64,000 bases of DNA from Octopus vulgaris (Eukaryota). Numbering within the stretch: position 1 is the first letter of the stretch; every line of letters starts with the position of its first letter. The notes below the pieces were generated by a model. The model searched no databases. It was not told the origin of the DNA and saw only the letters and a program-made list of their open reading frames with translations. Below are positions 13,637-26,770 of this stretch, one piece after another. Location of the stretch: positions 67,952,001 through 68,016,000 of the forward strand of contig OX597814.1 in assembly GCA_951406725.2 (NCBI GenBank), given 5' to 3'. The translations under genes and the position numbers were made by a program.

Positions 13637-14667
13637 CAAGCACAGAAAAGCTAAGCGCTTGAAAACCCGTGCTAAAACTGCTGCCTTAGATATTCTGAAT
13701 GATAAATGGCAAGAAAAACCTCTCTATGGCAAATACCCAAAGAGAGCGAATAATGCAGATGTTGACAAAGCCCTGATCCATCAATGGCTAATGGCCTCTG
13801 GCTTGAAATCTGAAACAGAAGGGTTTATCATAGCAGCTCAAGATCAGTGCCTACCAACAAGGAACTACCAGGCCATCATATTAAAGAACGGCAGTAGCCC
13901 AACATGTCGTGTATGTCAACAACAAAATGAAACCATTGATCATGTTGTCCCCAAGTGCAGTCTTCTAGCACCTACAGAGTATTTCAACAGGCATGATAGA
14001 GCTGCACAATATATTCACTGGGTAATTTGCAAAAACCTGGATTTGCCCCATGAAAAAAACTGGTGGGAACACAAACTACCTCCAGTGATTGAAAATGATC
14101 ACATCTCACTCCTCTGGAACTTCACCATTCAAACTGACAGAAATATAGATGCAAATAGGCCAGACATCATATTGAAAGACTTCAGACAAAGAACATGTCT
14201 CCTCATTGATATGACTGTCCCAATCGATATAAACGTATCTGTCAAGACCTACCAAAAACTGAGAAAATATAAAGATCTTGAAATAGAAATCAGCAAAATG
14301 TGGAATCTGAAGACTAAAGCAATACCTGTTGTCATAGGTGCCCTGGGAATGATAGCAAAACGGGCTGATTGCTACCTAACTCAGGTACCAGGAAACCTAA
14401 AAATGGCAGAAATTCAAAAGATAGTGCTCATGGGAACTGCTCATATCCTACGCAAAATACTTTCTATGTAATCTCAAGTTTTAAAACAAACATAATTTTC
14501 GTATGATTTTTTTTAGACATTCACTTGTACAACACTAAATACAAAACCAAATATATGGCACCCTAGGCATAACACCAACATGAACTTCCAACTTGTTGTC
14601 TCTTGAGGTCTGTGGTTTAGACTTGGAGCTAACTTGTACAAATATAAAGCGAAAGTCAAACATAGAA
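13635..14667 (+). mobile_element. Dong/R4 3' fragment 2 (ORF 13659-14471)
   Basis: GLKSETEGFIIAAQDQ, CRVC..ETIDHV..C, RHD, NRPDII..LIDM and KYKDLEIEI. Flanked by (TAA)n on both sides. Confidence 0.92.
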
Positions 14668-14674
14668 TAATAAT

Positions 14675-14735
<61 letters not shown>

Positions 14736-14738
<3 letters not shown>

Positions 14739-15292
14739 GTCCTGATGCAGTACCAGACAGTGGCTCTCGTGGCCTCTAATCTTAACTGATTGGAAGTGTT
14801 ATCGTGTACATTGTTTTGTGTTGGTATAAAAGATGGGCTACAGCAAATATTCTGTTCAGTACCACAGATTTGCTTGTCAGTTGTTTGACCTTAACCAGTT
14901 GAGCATGTCTCTTAGTGGCTGACGATATGTGCATCTCTGATCACGAGCAGAAGTAGTGGGGTAGCATCATAGACGTGTGTTGAAAGGAATTCTTCTAGGT
15001 TTGGATAATTCACCTTTGGAAACATGGGTGCTTCGTTCAACATCCTTAAACAATCCTTGTTCAGGGACCGTTTGAGCAGCATGGGCTACGCGAACAGAAG
15101 AGAATTCTCACTATGCCCCACCTGCAAGGTCATGCATTGTTTATCTTGATATGAGATTACCATGTCGCACACATATGGTTGTGATGCATATGCCTGGTGC
15201 ACCCTTATCAGGCAGGTAGTCATGATGCTTATACTGGGCTTCGTATACTTTACCCGAGTGTCACTTTGATGGCATGCACTGCTCTCTCACTC

Positions 15293-15293
<1 letters not shown>
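14736..15293. mobile_element. Unclassified non-coding insert of about 560 bp between (TAA)n tracts
   Basis: Discrete, less AT-rich block bounded by TAA repeats, with no ORF. It may be a Dong-dependent SINE (inference). Confidence 0.4.
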
Positions 15294-15324
<31 letters not shown>

Positions 15325-15326
<2 letters not shown>

Positions 15327-17484
15327 CGCACACGGTAAGCTAGTTCAGCTGCTCAATGGAATTATGAGAGACCCAAAGAAAACACCTGAAGGGTTAGCAA
15401 GTGGTATTACTTACCTACTCCCAAAGAATAACGAAACCAACCTTCCAAAAAACTATCGGCCTATAACCTGTCTATCCACCACGTATAAAATCCTAACATC
15501 TATCCTGGCAGAGAAAACATATGCATTCATGGAGAAGAACGATATTTTCCCCATTGAACAAAAAGGGTGCCGCCGATGCTCATACGGATGCAAAGATCAA
15601 CTGCTAATTAATCGTATGATCCTTGAGAACTGTCACAACAAGCGCAGAAATCTCAGCTCCGCATGGATTGACTATAAAAAGGCCTGCGACAGTATACCGC
15701 ATCCATGGATCTTGAGATCGCTGGACATCTTCAAAATTTCCCCTGTGATTTCAAGCATCCTGAAGCACAATATGTCGTTGTGGAATACGAATCTCCAATT
15801 ATACCACTCTAATGGAGTACTTGCCTCAGAAAATATAAACATCAACTGTGGAATTTTTCAAGGTGACTCACTTTCACCTTTAATATTCTGCATAGCCCTA
15901 ATACCCCTTACAAGTGAATTAAACCGAACAGGGTATGGGTATAAAATTGCCAATAAAAAAATAAGTCATCTATTTTATATGGATGACTTAAAACTCTATG
16001 GTAAAGACAATAATGAACTTGAAGGCCTATTTCGCACTGTGAAGGCTCTGGTATTCAGCATGCAAGCGTGAAAGAGAAGATCAGGAAGGAATGTTATAGG
16101 AGAGTTCGTGCAGTCCTGAAATCTGAACTAAATGCACGTAACAAGGTGTTAGCTATAAATTCCTTAGATGTTCCAGTTGTTACTTATAGCTACAATGTGT
16201 TGAACTGGAATATGAGTGAAATAAAGAATATAGATAGGAAAATACGCAAGCTGCTGAGTTGTAATAGGATGCACCACCCAAAGGCAGACGTTGATCGCCT
16301 TTACCTTCCCAGAGCCCAAGGAGGTCGAGGCCTGATCCAATTTAAACTAGCTTACAAAACAACCACAATTCGACTGGCCAAATATCTCGAAATAATGAGT
16401 GACTGGATGCTAAAGCTCGTGGAAAATCACGAGAGACGAAAGAAGCTTCATTCTATCATAAAGGAAAGCAACAAATTTGCTATTGATCTCGTGCAGGATA
16501 CCCAAACTGAACAACCCGAGGGAAGTACGGCAACTATTGTTGCAAAGAAGGTGAAACTAATGGCAACGAAAAAAGCGCACGAGCAATTGGCTGATAGGTG
16601 GGAGGAGGAACCTCTGCACGGCAAATATGTGGCCCGCAGCAAACAAGCTGATGTTGACCAGAAGCAAACTCATCAGTGGCTACGGAGCTCAGGGCTAAAA
16701 GCAGAGAGCGAAGGTTTCATCCTGGCTGCTCAAGATCAAAGCCTATTAACCCGGAACTACCAGGCCAATGTGATGAAAAATGGAGCAGACCCAAAATGCC
16801 GATTCTGCAACGACATGATTGAAACAGTGGACCACCTAAACTCTGGATGTAAAGTCTTAGCACCAGTGGAGTATAAATTAAGACATGACAGAGTTGGCCA
16901 ATATGTACACTGGCTAATAAGTCGGCATTACAATATCAAAACTGCCGACAAGTGGTATAATCACCACCCTGAAGCTGTAACTGAAGGAGAAATTGTAACG
17001 ATTCTGTGGGACTTTCCAGTACATACAGACCGAACCATCAAAGCCAATAAACCGGATATTGTTGTGAAAGACCAAAACAATAAAGTTTGCTTATTGATTG
17101 ACATGAGCATCCCCTGTGATCATAATATCTCGGCGAAAGAGTTTGACAAGCTCAGAAAATATTAAAACCTGCTCATTGAAATTGAGAAAATGTGGCATCT
17201 CAAGGCGGTTACAATACCAGTGATCGTAGGAGCACTAGGAATGATCAAGAAGTGCAAAAGATTGTCTTAATTGGTACATCACACGTATTGAGAAGAGCAT
17301 TGTCGATGTGAGAACTATTACTACCCATTTATAATAAGTTTACTTAAAAAAAAATTTTAAAAATGAACGAACTAGTGAGTTTAGTTTAATGGCCTACAAA
17401 TGTATACTATGAGTTTCTCTGCCCCCGGAGTCGGGAAGACACTCGGCAAGAAATGGAAGCAAATTTGAAAGAAGAAAAAAAAAG

Positions 17485-17486
<2 letters not shown>
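15325..17486 (+). mobile_element. Dong/R4 fragment 3 (RT to 3' end, internally deleted; ORFs 15364-16071 and 16068-17165)
   Basis: NYRPITCL, EQKGC, WIDYKKA.DS, GIFQGDSLSPL, HLFYMDDLKLY, RLYLPR..GGRGL, CRFC..ETVDH..SGC and NKPDIV. Ends in a (TAA)n tail. Confidence 0.93.
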
Positions 17487-17517
<31 letters not shown>

Positions 17518-17523
17518 TAATAA

Positions 17524-17828
17524 ACCTTTCTACTATAGGCACAAGGCCTGAAATTTGCAGGGATGCGGTAAGTCGACCACATCGACCCCAGTGTTTAACA
17601 GGTACTTATTTCATGGACTCCGAAAGGATAAAAGGAAAAATCGACCTCGGCAGAATTTGAATTCAGAACGGGCGAAATTCCGCTGAGCATTTTGCCCGGC
17701 GTGCTAACGATTCTGCCAGCTTGCCGCCTTAATAATTTATCCTTTCTACTATAGGCACAAAGCCTGAAAATTTTGGGGAGGAGTTAAGTCGATTACATCG
17801 ACCTAAGTAATCAACTAGTACTTATTTG
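17524..17828 (-). mobile_element. Two adjacent SINE copies (one near full, one 3' part)
   Basis: Two cctttctactataggcacaa.gcctgaaa ends; Nin-like core atcgacc..gtacttattt..gaaagga..tcgacctcggcagaatttga. Confidence 0.75.
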
Positions 17829-17959
17829 AAATTAATAAATATCTCTTCTTAAAATGTTTGAAAACTTCTGGAATGCACCTTGTAATATTGTTTTCTTCCA
17901 ATGTCGCCATCTTTTATAAAAGTTTAATATTCTCTGAAGAACTAAAATTTTGGATCTGT
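17815..17959 (-). pseudogene. Possible start of a coding exon of paralog B, truncated by a SINE
   Basis: A polypyrimidine acceptor ttttatttcAG (17960-17961) is followed by aagATGGCG at 17910, giving MATLEENNITRCIPEVFKHFKKRYLLI before running into a SINE. The upstream intron has patches matching the intron before the 31886 CDS. Confidence 0.35.
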
Positions 17960-19201
17960 CTGAAATAAAAAAAAATGAGATAAAAAAATGAATTTTAAAC
18001 TTTCAAAATTATTATTACTTGCGTTCCACAATAAAACATTTATGGAAATGTACTCTTCGTAGTAAGTGATGTATTGTTTCACAGCCTTTATAGCATAGTA
18101 AGTTTCCCATTTTAAATTTTTTCGAGATATTATAATCTTCATAACTTCTGTCCAATTTAATGAGCAGTAGTACTTCATTTCTGGATGAGATGATGCGGTC
18201 CAGAATCATACAAAAGTACTGTTTATGTGGAAAAACTTGCTCAACAAGGAAAAGGATATAAATTTGTTTCCCTTGGTGCTTATATAAATTAAATACTTCT
18301 GAAAGTATGAAAATCTTTCGAAAATAATAGTTCTATATTTTGTTTGTATGTTGTATGCTTTTATTTCTTTTGGAGGAGAAATGGTCTACTGTGACTTTGT
18401 TTTCAAGGATTCTGGAAAGGTGACAGAAACTATGCTAATATATAATTTTTGTTTGCATAATTTGAAACTGCAATTAATTTTTGTTAATATTCTTCTACTA
18501 AATAATATTCCAATTATACCTATCCTATTTTGTGAGAAATCTGACATTTATGTTTTCTGGAATTTAATTTCAAGAAAAATAGAAATCAGCCCATGAATCA
18601 TGCTAACGAAGAACTTCTATTTTGTTTTATGCACTTATAGGTCCATAGGTCCATATTGACTTCTTTCATAGGCACAGTTTCATATATATATTATAGTCAA
18701 TGAGAAGCTCTTTACTTCGTACTTTGATAACGAAAATTTGGGATGTTACTGAAATGACTTCATATGAAAATAAAAAATATTTACTGAATATAACTCTATT
18801 TGACACTTTAAAGAAACACTAAACTACTATTTATTAAATGAAATGAAATGTCGTCACTTTCCTTAATCGCATTATTAGTTTGAGTGAAGTGAAATACTTG
18901 CTTCTGACAATGAAGTTGTGTTGTCTCTTTTTGGCTCTACGTTCGACACTCACTGCAAAAGAATATTGATTTCTTTTGAAAAGTTAGAAGATTAAGCTGT
19001 GCAAGTGTTTGGTGCTGTACTATCTCTACTGACAAACCGACAAAGTATTGATTTCTATTTGTTAGACAACAGTTCTACGTTTATAAGGAAAAGTAAATTG
19101 AAAATCGGGCGATGTTGGTGTAAGTGAAATGAAATAGATTTGATCCGGAAATCTAAACCACGTAGGGCTCTCAATCGACATTCGCCGATATTGACAACAG
19201 G

Positions 19202-19204
<3 letters not shown>

Positions 19205-19247
<43 letters not shown>

Positions 19248-19251
19248 ACAA

Positions 19252-19291
<40 letters not shown>

Positions 19292-19300
19292 GTAGATAGT

Positions 19301-19335
<35 letters not shown>

Positions 19336-19336
19336 T

Positions 19337-19402
<66 letters not shown>
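19205..19402. repeat. (CA)n plus (GATA)n microsatellite
   Basis: Read directly. Confidence 0.98.
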
Positions 19403-19419
19403 TCTAAGCATGGTTGCGT

Positions 19420-19850
19420 GGTAGGCACAAGCATAGTTGTGAAGTCAAGAATCTCGCTTTGTAACCATGTTTCGAGTTCAATCCCACTGTGTGACATCTT
19501 GGACTAGTTTCTTCTGTTATTCTCCCGATCAATACCTTTTAAGTGGATTTTGTAAACGTAAACTGTGAGGAATCGATACATCATGTGTGTGTGTGTGTGT
19601 GTTTGTGTGCCTGGGCGTTTGTGTGTGTGTGCGTTTGTATGTCTTTGTGTTTGTAGTTTGCACTGTTTCCCTACCTCACTCAACATGTAGTGTTGGTTTG
19701 TTTTCGTTCCGTAACTTAGCGGTTCAGCAAAAAACACCAACAAGATAAGTATCAAACATAAAAATGTACTAGGGTCGAATTTTTAAAGTGAAACCCTTTA
19801 AGGCAGTGCCTCAGCATGGCCCCACTCCAATTACTGAAACAACTAAACGC
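19420..19850 (+). mobile_element. Degenerate tRNA-derived SINE with internal (TG)n
   Basis: B-box-like gagttcaatccc. The body cgtaacttagcggttc..ataagta..gggtcga..cagcatggcc is shared with 42418-43418. Confidence 0.7.
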
Positions 19851-20202
19851 TGAACGCTAAAATAAAATTTCTCAAGGCACTCGAAAATTTAAAAGAAACT
19901 ATTATAGAAGCATTTATATTAATGCTTCCAAATGTTGGTGATCAATTGGTAGAGTTGCTGAAACATCGGGCTCTTTACATTCTGTGTTTAGATTCCTTGA
20001 TGGTCATCTTTGCTCTTCACCCTTTCGGAATCGATAAAATAATGTAGCAAACAAGACCTAGGCTCTATTTTATCGACTAATGCCTATTAATGTGTCTTCT
20101 TAGTTCAAGCTCTCTTACCAAACAGATGAACCTAACAAGAGTATAGACATTTGTTTATAGAAGTCAGCAAACAAACTATTTGCTGAAGCATACTGATGTC
20201 TG

Positions 20203-20600
20203 CTAAACATAATAACTCATGTGGTGTCCACAGAAATGGGAGAATTCAAACCAAAACGAATCTGTTCATTCTCAGTATATCCTGACAGATTTGAACATGA
20301 ATATCTGCTCGCTGCTGTTTTCATCATCGGAGAACATCTCCTCCCTTTATAAGATGCGAATTCATAACTCACGCGATTCACCGGTGTAAGGGGATTGAGA
20401 AGACATGCTGCGGGGACCAAAGACTCCCTACACAGGTGAGTCGCATGTGTTATGAACATTCATCATCTAAAGGGAAGCGATGTTCATCTTTGATGAAAAC
20501 AAAAACATGCTCGAATCTGTCAGGATGTATTGAGAAGGAATAAATGCGTTATTGTATGCATCCGCCTGTTCTGCGTGCACCTCATCTGTTATAATTATTT
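20203..20600. repeat. Long imperfect inverted repeat (about 185-bp arms, about 30-nt loop)
   Basis: tgttttcatcatcggagaacatctcctccctttataagatgcgaattcataactcacgcgattcaccggtgtaaggg aligns with the reverse complement of 20425-20501. 20254-20300 aligns with 20505-20550, and 20205-20253 with 20551-20600. Confidence 0.9.
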
Positions 20601-22084
20601 GTATTATTATTCAGAATATACCGAAATGATAGGAACATTTTATCCAAAAACTGCAAGTAAAAAAAGAAAAGAATGATTCTACCCGATCAAGAATTTCTAG
20701 AAATCGATATTAGCTCCACAACTACTCTACGAAGGCCTATCTCACACAGTTAGTCACAATATCAATCAGCGAAGCAGTAACTTGACAATTTTTGTCCTAC
20801 GGGAAGAAAAAAATGAAAATAGCCAGTTAACCTATGCCCTGCACATTCAATCAATAAGTGGACTGACAAAACTACAGTTAACTTCCTTAAGATTCACTTT
20901 GTTAAGTATCTACTTTGTGTTGATTTTATTTCGAAAGATTAGCCCAGCTTTCGTTCTATGATTTACATCAAAGAATGAAATTTATGATCAAAACGATTTT
21001 TATTTTATCTTTAATCTCTCCACCATAATTTATTTAAATATCTCATATGTAAACTGTAGTTTTCCGGATTTATTGGATAGTTTTAAGCTAAAATATTGCC
21101 CATAGAAGAATAAATATGAAGAGTCTCAAAGAATAAACTCTCTTATTTTGAAGGAAATTGTTGCTGGCTAGTGTTAGCAAGGTCGATAATTTGTAGAAAT
21201 ATCTTTACTACTCAATATCTATAGCCAAAATGATTTACTACTCAATATTTATAACCAAAATGATTTAAACATCGTCAAATAGTTATTAAAAATGCTGACA
21301 ATACGAGTAGTGGATAAATAGGATATGTTTTTATTAGTTTACAATATTGATAAAAACCTACAGGGGTGCATACTACCCTTAAAATAACGTGAACCATTCA
21401 TATTCCTTTTCACAAATCTGAAACGCCATTTTTGTTCGTGGAAAAGGCTATAGAATACCAATAAATAAGTTACAAAACAATATACACTTCTGGTTTTCAG
21501 AGTTACGGTTGAAACACAACTGTTGAAATAATTTAATAATAATTAAGTCTGACTGATAGCTATAAAGGTGCCTGACAATAGAACAGCACTACGTTATTTT
21601 ATTTCGTCCGTTTAATAACATATTTGTCATACATGTAAACATAAGCTTCAAACATGAACTATGTTTTATCCAATCAACTTTCCCCGCTTGTATTCAAATG
21701 TTAAATCGTATAACAATGTAAGGAATCGATAAGTGTGACTGAATGAAGTTAACTTTCACAACGAAATTGTGTTGTATAGTTGCGTGTGAGCTTAATTTTC
21801 AATGGAGTCGATTTTTTTCTTCATTTCTCAAGGAGTGCAGTAAATTAATTAAATATTAGTCACCTAACGTATTGAATTGTTTGATGTTACTTTTCTGCTA
21901 TACATTTGGTGTGCGTGGATGGTATGAAAGATATCGCTTCGAATTCTGAAGCCTTTATAAACGTAACAGTTGAGGTTTGTCCTCTTCACAAACGGTCGAG
22001 AATGTACCGTTGACCTAATTTCACTGTGAAAAAAAATGTAATCGAGCTAGTATCGCTACATATTAATAATATACATTGTAAATA

Positions 22085-22639
22085 CAGTAGTCCCACGCCA
22101 TATCGTGGTTCACCTATCGGACACTCAGTACATCGGAGTTCATCTATCGCGCACTCAAAGCATCGCGGATTTTTCTGGTTAACATATGTAAATTTATATC
22201 GCGGTCTCTTCAGTCTATCGCGGGTCTCTGTGGCCGATAGGTATTTATATTTTTTCAGATTTTCATCATTTCTGTGGTAAAATAAGCATTTCACGCCTAA
22301 AAATTAATAAAGTAATAAATAAAAATGGAGTACAGTACTGCACTGTATTAATGTGTTATACATAATTAATGTGTTATACACATTAATTAAAGTATATTAA
22401 AAGAAAATAAGTAGTGTACCGTAGATGAGTAAACAAAAAATCTCACATACTGTATGGAAACCGAAACTCGAGAGGCGAGTATGTAGTGCTGTTTTGCATT
22501 TAAAATAAAATAAATATATACAAATTATAAAAATAATAAAGAATATGTATATACATACAGTACTGTTTCTACTTCGCAGAATTTCACCTATCGCGGTAAG
22601 TTTTGGAACGTAACACTCGCGATAGTCGAGGGATTACTG
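22085..22639. mobile_element. Tigger/pogo-type MITE
   Basis: TA-CAGTAGTCCC...GGGATTACTG-TA. The empty site (single TA at 79-80) is visible in paralog A. Confidence 0.92.
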
Positions 22640-23123
22640 TAATACTGTTGTAATTATTAACTTGCAATGATTAAATCATTTATATTTTAATTAGCAATCT
22701 TTCGTTTCTATACCTTGGCATTCTGGGCGGGAACGGTGGGTGATTCCCAATCAATAATGAAGAGACCGATAAAAAGTACCAGGCTCAAAAATAATAAATA
22801 CTGGGGTCGATTCATTCGACTAGAGTTCTTCAAGATGGTGTCCCAGTACAGCCGCATTCTAATGACTGAAACATGGAAAAAATAAAGATATACACGCATG
22901 CGCGCGCAGTCGCACACATACATACATACATACATACATACATACATACATACATACATACATACATACACGATTTCTATGCCATTTGTTTTTCCTATGT
23001 CCCTCAATGTCGACCATTGTGCATTTATCACTCACAGTTAATTGACACTTTTGAGATCAAATCTTGTACGTGAATCTCTGCTAATGTTACAGATAGGTGC
23101 AGTTAATGATGATAAGTTTAGAA

Positions 23124-25049
<1,926 letters not shown>

Positions 25050-25501
25050 GTTTAGAAGATATTTAAGTACTTTTAAGCTCAACAGCTCTAAAAGAAATCA
25101 TTTGAAAAAAATTGTAACTTCTTGCTTTAAAAACGAACTCTACTCTACTGGGTTGTAACTTTAACATCCCGCTTAAACAATACATGCTTGAAACTTCTCT
25201 TTTCAATTTTTTGTGCCACAGTAGACCTATATTAGTGATATTTGCCAATGAAGAAGACTGTGTCAGATTCATAATCTATATTTTTGCTATAGTCGAATGT
25301 TGCTTATGAAAACTCGCCTCCCTACCTTTCTGCTGTTTGATTTCTGAAGTTATGATGTTCTATCTTTCTTCACTGATCCATCTTTATTCACTTCTATGAT
25401 GACTTGTCCCTAGTCCAAGACCATTTGCGATTTGGCCCAGAAATTCGTACTTTCTAACCCCTAATCTTTATATTCCTTTTCTGATTTATTGCATGAGTTT
25501 T

Positions 25502-25838
25502 GAAATGTTCTCAAACTTTTTGAGCCACCAGCGCTTTCATGGCTATATAATACCCTCAGCGCCCCACCCCTGTTTTTATGTATAAATAGATATTTTATAT
25601 TTTACTAATTTATATATACTATAAATCATTTGATATTTAATATATTATATAATTTGTATACAATACTATAATAATATTATAAATTCATAGCGTCCCCCAA
25701 TCCATTGCCTTCCTCCCAATGCCACCTTTTTCTCTACCGCCGCTCCCCGCACCACCTACTTAGACACGAGCGCCCACCTGGACCCTCTCATCCCCACCGG
25801 TGGGGGTGGGGCGCTAGCGCCCACTTTGAGAACCTATG
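25502..25838. mobile_element. Small hAT-like MITE
   Basis: gttctcaaa...tttgagaacctatg termini similar to the preceding element; the TSD is not clean. Confidence 0.6.
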
Positions 25839-26347
25839 GTTTAGGATATAGAGACACAACTAGGACTTTTGAAAAAGAATGGCTTAAAGAATGTTTTCTT
25901 TGCGGTCCCGAGATATAGAAAAAGGTTAGGTTCAAATACATTATCTCTTAGAGAGGTCGAAAGATCACAATAACAGGGAGTGATAATGTAACATACCTAT
26001 ACACATATACATACATAGACACTCTCACACTTTCACATATGCCATTCATATACCTAGACGCATGTACATGTATAAATGCATGCATATATAGTAATCAGAT
26101 AAATAGATATGTAATAAATACATTAGGACGAAATAGTTAACAGACTTACAATATAATGTAGTCTAAAGCTGAGGATATTTAGGGTCGAGAAAATAAGTTG
26201 GTATATTAAGTTTAGATGGTAGGATAGTACAGATAAGTCCAGGTTTTGTAACTATAATCGAAGACTACTTGGGATGAAGTGTAATAGCTGAGGGAAAATA
26301 AATTCAGTCAGTATAATATATATGTGTATATGTATACGTTAGATAAT

Positions 26348-26770
26348 TTATAAGTTGGGTAAACTAAATTTTAAGACTGTTTTATTAATACAATGCTGAT
26401 ATTTGACTATTAGTTCATTAAGCTCATTAATGAGATCCGATTTGCAACTCTGAATCGCAAGCACTTCGGTAGAACATAAGTAGCAGTCACCATCACTCCT
26501 TAATACCGTGCATATAATGAACCAGGAAATGTAGCGATTTAGCTCTTCCAGTTTCCAGATTAACATAGCTAATGAAGTAGTATGCCGTTTCTTCCTATCC
26601 TTAAAAGAACTCAATTATTTGATCTCGCCTTAAATTCCGTCGCCTTGCCTCCGATATAGTGATAGACTATCAGATGTGAGAATGAAGCATTCAAACACTA
26701 TGTTCTTACAATGGTGCTAGTTATCTTAATGGCAATTATCCCCATCTCTATTATTACATAAATGATCCTT
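26348..26770 (-). mobile_element. Penelope-like element remnant (GIY-YIG endonuclease and C-terminus)
   Basis: CNNRDGDNC..KNIVFEC..YHYIGG.ATEFKAR, then SSFK...TTSLA.LIWKL...CYLCSTE.LAI...LINE.NEL, typical of a PLE C-terminus. Confidence 0.75.

Larger units (their letters stand above)
18690..22704 (-). repeat. Paralogous segment B (inverted copy of A, with SINE, microsatellite and MITE insertions)
   Basis: See segment A. For example 18838-19047 is the reverse complement of about 2207-2425. Confidence 0.9.

Noticed and set aside
10671-13654. Low-complexity ORFs (YIYI, HTHT, poly-R/N/Y), here and throughout the window
   Set aside because: They are translations of microsatellites.
12698-17523. 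Repeat-spacer alternation superficially like a CRISPR array
   Set aside because: The repeats are TAA microsatellites, the spacers are kb-scale LINE fragments, and the context is eukaryotic with no cas genes.
20217-20459. 80-aa ORF within the long hairpin
   Set aside because: No domain signal; it spans the loop and one arm and is better explained by the inverted repeat.
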